Positions 60,769-64,000 of a DNA stretch of 64,000 nt are shown here, one piece after another. Both the position numbers and the translations under genes were made by a program. The stretch covers positions 265,473 through 329,472 of the forward strand of contig BEHX01000001.1 of assembly GCA_002898295.1 (NCBI GenBank). The letters run 5' to 3'. The stretch is from a bacterium HR21 (GTDB lineage: Bacteria > Bacteroidota > Ignavibacteria > Kapaibacteriales > HRBIN21). Position 1 is the first letter of the stretch. Each line of letters opens with the position of its first letter. The notes under the pieces were generated by a model. That model saw only the letters and a list, made by a program, of their open reading frames with translations, made no database searches and was not told where the DNA came from.

Positions 60769-62136
60769 TTACTCGGCTGCCTCATCGGGCACATTGAGCT
60801 GGAGCATCTCTTCGAGCCGCTTCGGCAGGTGGCGCCGAATCCAGCGGGGGTAATCCCCATCGTAGCCGACACGGCGCTGCAGTTCCCGGACACGCTCGTC
60901 CAGAGCAGCACACTGCTGTGCTGACAGCGGTTCCCATCGAGTCAGGTGTTCGGCGATGCGTGCAGCTTGCTCGGCAGCCTGCGCTTGCTGCTCACGGTAG
61001 AGCGCCTCATGGAGCGAATCGCCCAGGTAGCGCTCAATGATTCGCTGCACCACGTGCCGGCTGTGGCGCAGACTCTCCTGAATATTCCCCCGCCCAGTGA
61101 CCGCATTGCCGACGACGAAGACGTTCTCGTAGCCCTCCAGGCGGCAGAGGTCGGGGTCGGACAGAGCGTACGCCTCACCCCGCATGGGCACATCTGGCAG
61201 AGGCTCCGGAATACTCCCGATGGAGGAAATCAGCAAGGGGGTGCGGACTTCGTACTCGGTACCCTGCACCGGTACCGCCTGCCCATCTTCGAGCCGTGCA
61301 TGGCAGAAGACCACCCCCACCAGGCGCCCGGCTTCTGTGAGAATGCCGACCGGCAGCCGCAGCTCTTGGAAGCGAAACAGGTAGCGCCGCATGGCTGTCT
61401 CCAGGACTTTGACTCGCACCACCTGCGCCCGCGCTAAACGTTCCGGGGTATCGGTCGGCATAGGCGTCAGGGGCATATCCAGCGCACGGCGTCGGTAGTA
61501 GAGTGTACAGCCGCGCAGCCCAAGCGCCTCCAGACTCAGCCCGTAGCGCTGCAGCAGGCGGTCAATCCCGTGTTCCATCTCGATGACATTCGTGACAATG
61601 CCCCGCCGGCGCAATGCCTCTTCTACCGTGAGCATCATGAGCGCTTTTGCCACATCAATGGAAGCAAGCCCACCGCCGACGACGACAGCGCCATCGGGGA
61701 TTTCGTACGACTCCACCCCACTATCCGGATCGTGCATGAGGTTGAACCACGCCATGAAGGGGTTCTGGTAGAAGAAGCCTCGACCGATGTATTGCTCGGC
61801 TTCCCGCACGGGGAAGGGACGGTCTCGCCACGCTCCATGAGCCAGGACAACGGCACTGACACCCCAGCGCAGGAGTTCCGGCAAGCGGATGTGCTCGCCC
61901 AGCCGCACTTTCGGCACGTAGCGCACCAGCGGATGCTGGAGCTTCGCATCGATGGCTGCCTCCTCCTTATTCCGAAGCCTGACGTGCCACTTGGGCAAGC
62001 CATATTCGATTTTGCCGTACGGGAGCGCATTCTGCTCCAGCACTGCCACCCGAATCCCTCGCTGAGCAAACTGCAGCGCCGCTTCGGCACCAGCAACAGC
62101 CCCACCGACAACAACCACGTAGTACCCGCTTTCCAT
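60769..62136 (-). CDS. FAD/NAD(P)-binding oxidoreductase (FprA/adrenodoxin-reductase- or GltD-like)
   Basis: N-terminal dinucleotide fold YVVVVGGAVAGAEAA, a second GxGxxG/A region IPDGAVVVGGGLASIDVA, and C-terminal FVVGNAVTGRGNIQES. Confidence 0.6.
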   Translation of the reverse strand: MESGYYVVVVGGAVAGAEAALQFAQRGIRVAVLEQNALPYGKIEYGLPKWHVRLRNKEEAAIDAKLQHPLVRYVPKVRLGEHIRLPELLRWGVSAVVLAHGAWRDRPFPVREAEQYIGRGFFYQNPFMAWFNLMHDPDSGVESYEIPDGAVVVGGGLASIDVAKALMMLTVEEALRRRGIVTNVIEMEHGIDRLLQRYGLSLEALGLRGCTLYYRRRALDMPLTPMPTDTPERLARAQVVRVKVLETAMRRYLFRFQELRLPVGILTEAGRLVGVVFCHARLEDGQAVPVQGTEYEVRTPLLISSIGSIPEPLPDVPMRGEAYALSDPDLCRLEGYENVFVVGNAVTGRGNIQESLRHSRHVVQRIIERYLGDSLHEALYREQQAQAAEQAARIAEHLTRWEPLSAQQCAALDERVRELQRRVGYDGDYPRWIRRHLPKRLEEMLQLNVPDEAAE

Positions 62137-62263
62137 CCACCCCTCCAGTCCAGTTGCACGCTACGAAAATAGCCGTGCCAGCGAAATTTCTCCGTGAAGC
62201 ACACGTCCTCCTCCGAGCGGGAATCCTCCCCGGTGTGAGTCAGTCGGACCGGGAATCTCTCAG

Positions 62264-63181
62264 ATGGCACGGCGAGGCTCACGGACAAGCCCATTCGGGA
62301 GCCCCGAACGGGTATCGCACGATTCCACACCGTTCTACCGCCGCCGTCTCTACAGAGGGCTGCCCCAAGAGGAGCCCGTGCACTACACGGAGACGCCTCT
62401 GCCGGCGGAGTGCCGCAACCGCATTTTCTGTAAAAGCGCCGAATCCATGGAGGAGCTCCCCGCCTGCTCAGTACACTTGATGGTCACCTCCCCACCGTAC
62501 AACGTCGGCAAAGACTACGACGCAGACCTGACGCTGGAGGAGTACCGGGCATTCCTCAAGCGAGTCATGGCAGAGGTCTACCGCGTGCTTGTCCCCGGCG
62601 GACGAGCCTGTATCAACGTAGCCAATTTGGGGCGCCGTCCGTACCTGCCACTCCACGCCTACCTCATCATGGACATGCACGAGCTGGGATTCCTCATGCG
62701 GGGCGAAATCATCTGGGACAAATCCTCCAGCGCCAGCCCCTCAACCGCCTGGGGCAGCTGGTGCTCACCGCAGAATCCTGTCTTGCGAGACACTCACGAG
62801 TACATCCTCGTCTTCTGCAAGCAGAGCTTTCACCGCGGAAACCCTGCCGGACGCCGGGCAACACTGAGCCGTTCGGAGTTTCTGGAGCTTACCAAAAGTG
62901 TCTGGCGCTTCCCAGCGGAGCCTGCAGCCAAGGTTGGGCATCCGGCGCCATTCCCCGTTGAGCTCCCCTATCGCCTCATCCAGCTCTACACCTTCGAGGG
63001 CGAGGTCGTGCTCGATCCCTTCATGGGGAGCGGAACAACTGCTCTGGCTGCCCTCCAGACAGGTCGAGTCTTCGTTGGCTACGAGATCAACCCCGCCTAC
63101 GTTGCCCTGGCGCAGCAACGCCTCTGCGCAGCCTCTTCCCCGACGGCATCCTCCCGTGGGCAAGACATCTCTCGTGGCTGA
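62264..63181 (+). CDS. DNA methyltransferase, N4-cytosine/N6-adenine (N6_N4_Mtase family, beta-class motif order); solitary
   Basis: Motif IV TSPPYNVGKDYD precedes motif I LDPFMGSGTTALAA, with an HPAPFP region between them. SPPY favours N4-cytosine specificity. The true start may be internal; the conserved region begins near NRIFCKSAESMEEL. Confidence 0.78.
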   Translation: MARRGSRTSPFGSPERVSHDSTPFYRRRLYRGLPQEEPVHYTETPLPAECRNRIFCKSAESMEELPACSVHLMVTSPPYNVGKDYDADLTLEEYRAFLKRVMAEVYRVLVPGGRACINVANLGRRPYLPLHAYLIMDMHELGFLMRGEIIWDKSSSASPSTAWGSWCSPQNPVLRDTHEYILVFCKQSFHRGNPAGRRATLSRSEFLELTKSVWRFPAEPAAKVGHPAPFPVELPYRLIQLYTFEGEVVLDPFMGSGTTALAALQTGRVFVGYEINPAYVALAQQRLCAASSPTASSRGQDISRG

Positions 63182-63256
63182 GCTGCACCCAAGAGGTGCG
63201 AAATTTCCCCCTCCCCTACACGTCTACTGCCGGCGGACAAGCCTCGGTCAGGGGCT

Positions 63257-64000
63257 ATGGAAATTCGGGAACTCCAGCGTGCTGACGTCGTCATCGTTTT
63301 CGCTGGAGACTCCGGCGACGGCATGCAACTGAGTGGTACCCAGTTTGCCCATGCCAGCGCCCTCCACGGGAACGATATCGCTACGCTGCCGAACTATCCG
63401 GCGGAAATCCGTGCTCCCCAGGGGACGCTTGCCGGTGTATCCAGCTTCCAACTCCGCTTCGGGAGCTTCGAGGTACTCACCCCCGGTGACGAGTGTGATG
63501 TCCTGGTTGCCCTCAATGCGGCTGCCCTGCGGACACACCTCCCACTGCTCAAACGCGGGGGAATCCTCATCGTCAACGAAGCCGGGTTTGACCGGCGCTC
63601 GTTGCGTCTGGCAGGGTACTCCGAAGAGCTGAATCCGCTGACAGACGGCAGCCTCTCCGACTACCAGCTCATCCGGCTCAATCTCAGCCAGCTCGTCGGG
63701 GCAGCGCTTGCTGACACAGGGCTTTCCGTGCGTGAGAAAGAGCGCATGAAGAACATGTTCGTCCTGGGGCTGCTGGCGTGGCTCTTCGACCGCCCCCTGG
63801 AGCATCTGGAGCAGCTTGTGCAGACGAAATTCCACACGCGGAATCCCGAGCTTGCGGCAGCGAATCTCCGTCTGCTGCGGGCGGGATACCACTTTGGGGA
63901 AACCTCTGAGCTTTTCACCGTGCGCTACGAGGTTCCCCGGGCTCCTCTCCCCCCGGGGCTTTACCGCAGCATTTCGGGCAACGAAGCTCTTCTCCTGGGT
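63257..64000 (+). CDS. korA: 2-oxoglutarate/2-oxoacid:ferredoxin oxidoreductase subunit alpha (fused gamma-alpha form), N-terminal part; continues beyond the window end
   Basis: My translation from the ATG at 63257 (MEIRELQRADVVIVFAGDSGDGMQLSGTQF...YRSISGNEALLLG) has the gamma-domain start FAGDSGDGMQL and the alpha-domain start ISGNEA typical of KorA. Not in the ORF track because there is no stop codon before the window end. Confidence 0.8.
   Translation, partial: MEIRELQRADVVIVFAGDSGDGMQLSGTQFAHASALHGNDIATLPNYPAEIRAPQGTLAGVSSFQLRFGSFEVLTPGDECDVLVALNAAALRTHLPLLKRGGILIVNEAGFDRRSLRLAGYSEELNPLTDGSLSDYQLIRLNLSQLVGAALADTGLSVREKERMKNMFVLGLLAWLFDRPLEHLEQLVQTKFHTRNPELAAANLRLLRAGYHFGETSELFTVRYEVPRAPLPPGLYRSISGNEALLLG

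Noticed and set aside
63248-63892. 214-aa minus-strand ORF downstream of the methyltransferase (potential REase partner)
   Set aside because: Fully antisense to a clear KorA (FAGDSGDGMQL...ISGNEA) reading frame on the plus strand, with no nuclease motifs. It is a mirror ORF.

Overview
High-GC (~65%) bacterial chromosomal window, densely coding on both strands, with several ATGA-type gene overlaps. Several proteins carry T9SS-type C-terminal sorting domains; together with LptD, a PorP/SprF-like protein and OmpA with thrombospondin-3 repeats this points to an FCB-group (Bacteroidota/Rhodothermota-like) organism, possibly a thermophile. Content from left to right: a pyrC-like fragment, rnhB, folE and a PTPS/QueD gene; a lipoprotein with LptD and an outer-membrane (OM) barrel; oligopeptide ABC permeases; rpmB; an RtcB-archease RNA-repair pair; OmpA; a 2-oxo-acid dehydrogenase E2 with a recently duplicated lipoyl domain; a large Peptidase_MA/PD40/Omp85-like protein; mreB; and a minus-strand cluster of OM/T9SS genes (HhH protein, PorP/SprF-like, TBDR-like, ~1000-aa T9SS adhesin). 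These are followed by a gabD-like aldehyde dehydrogenase, panB, a 1139-aa S8 peptidase with T9SS CTD, a DUF4397-like lipoprotein, prfA translationally coupled to a NYN-domain gene, tRNA-Pro(CGG) with terminator, a vWA membrane protein, and a DtxR-regulated TroA-type metal ABC operon in which one permease carries a fused DtxR-type C-terminal domain. The right-hand end holds a polysaccharide locus (GT4, rfbB, wecC-like, wecB, Wza-like, GT2s, WbaP-like PGT, and a GT2 fused to a degenerate PGT domain) interspersed with accA, a YqaA-family gene and an RluB-like gene lacking the catalytic Asp, then an FprA-like oxidoreductase, a solitary N4/N6 DNA methyltransferase and the start of korA. I found no CRISPR array, integrase, transposase or recognisable defence operon. 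The most unusual items are domain fusions or degenerations and a recurrent 13-nt DNA motif at three OM-protein genes.
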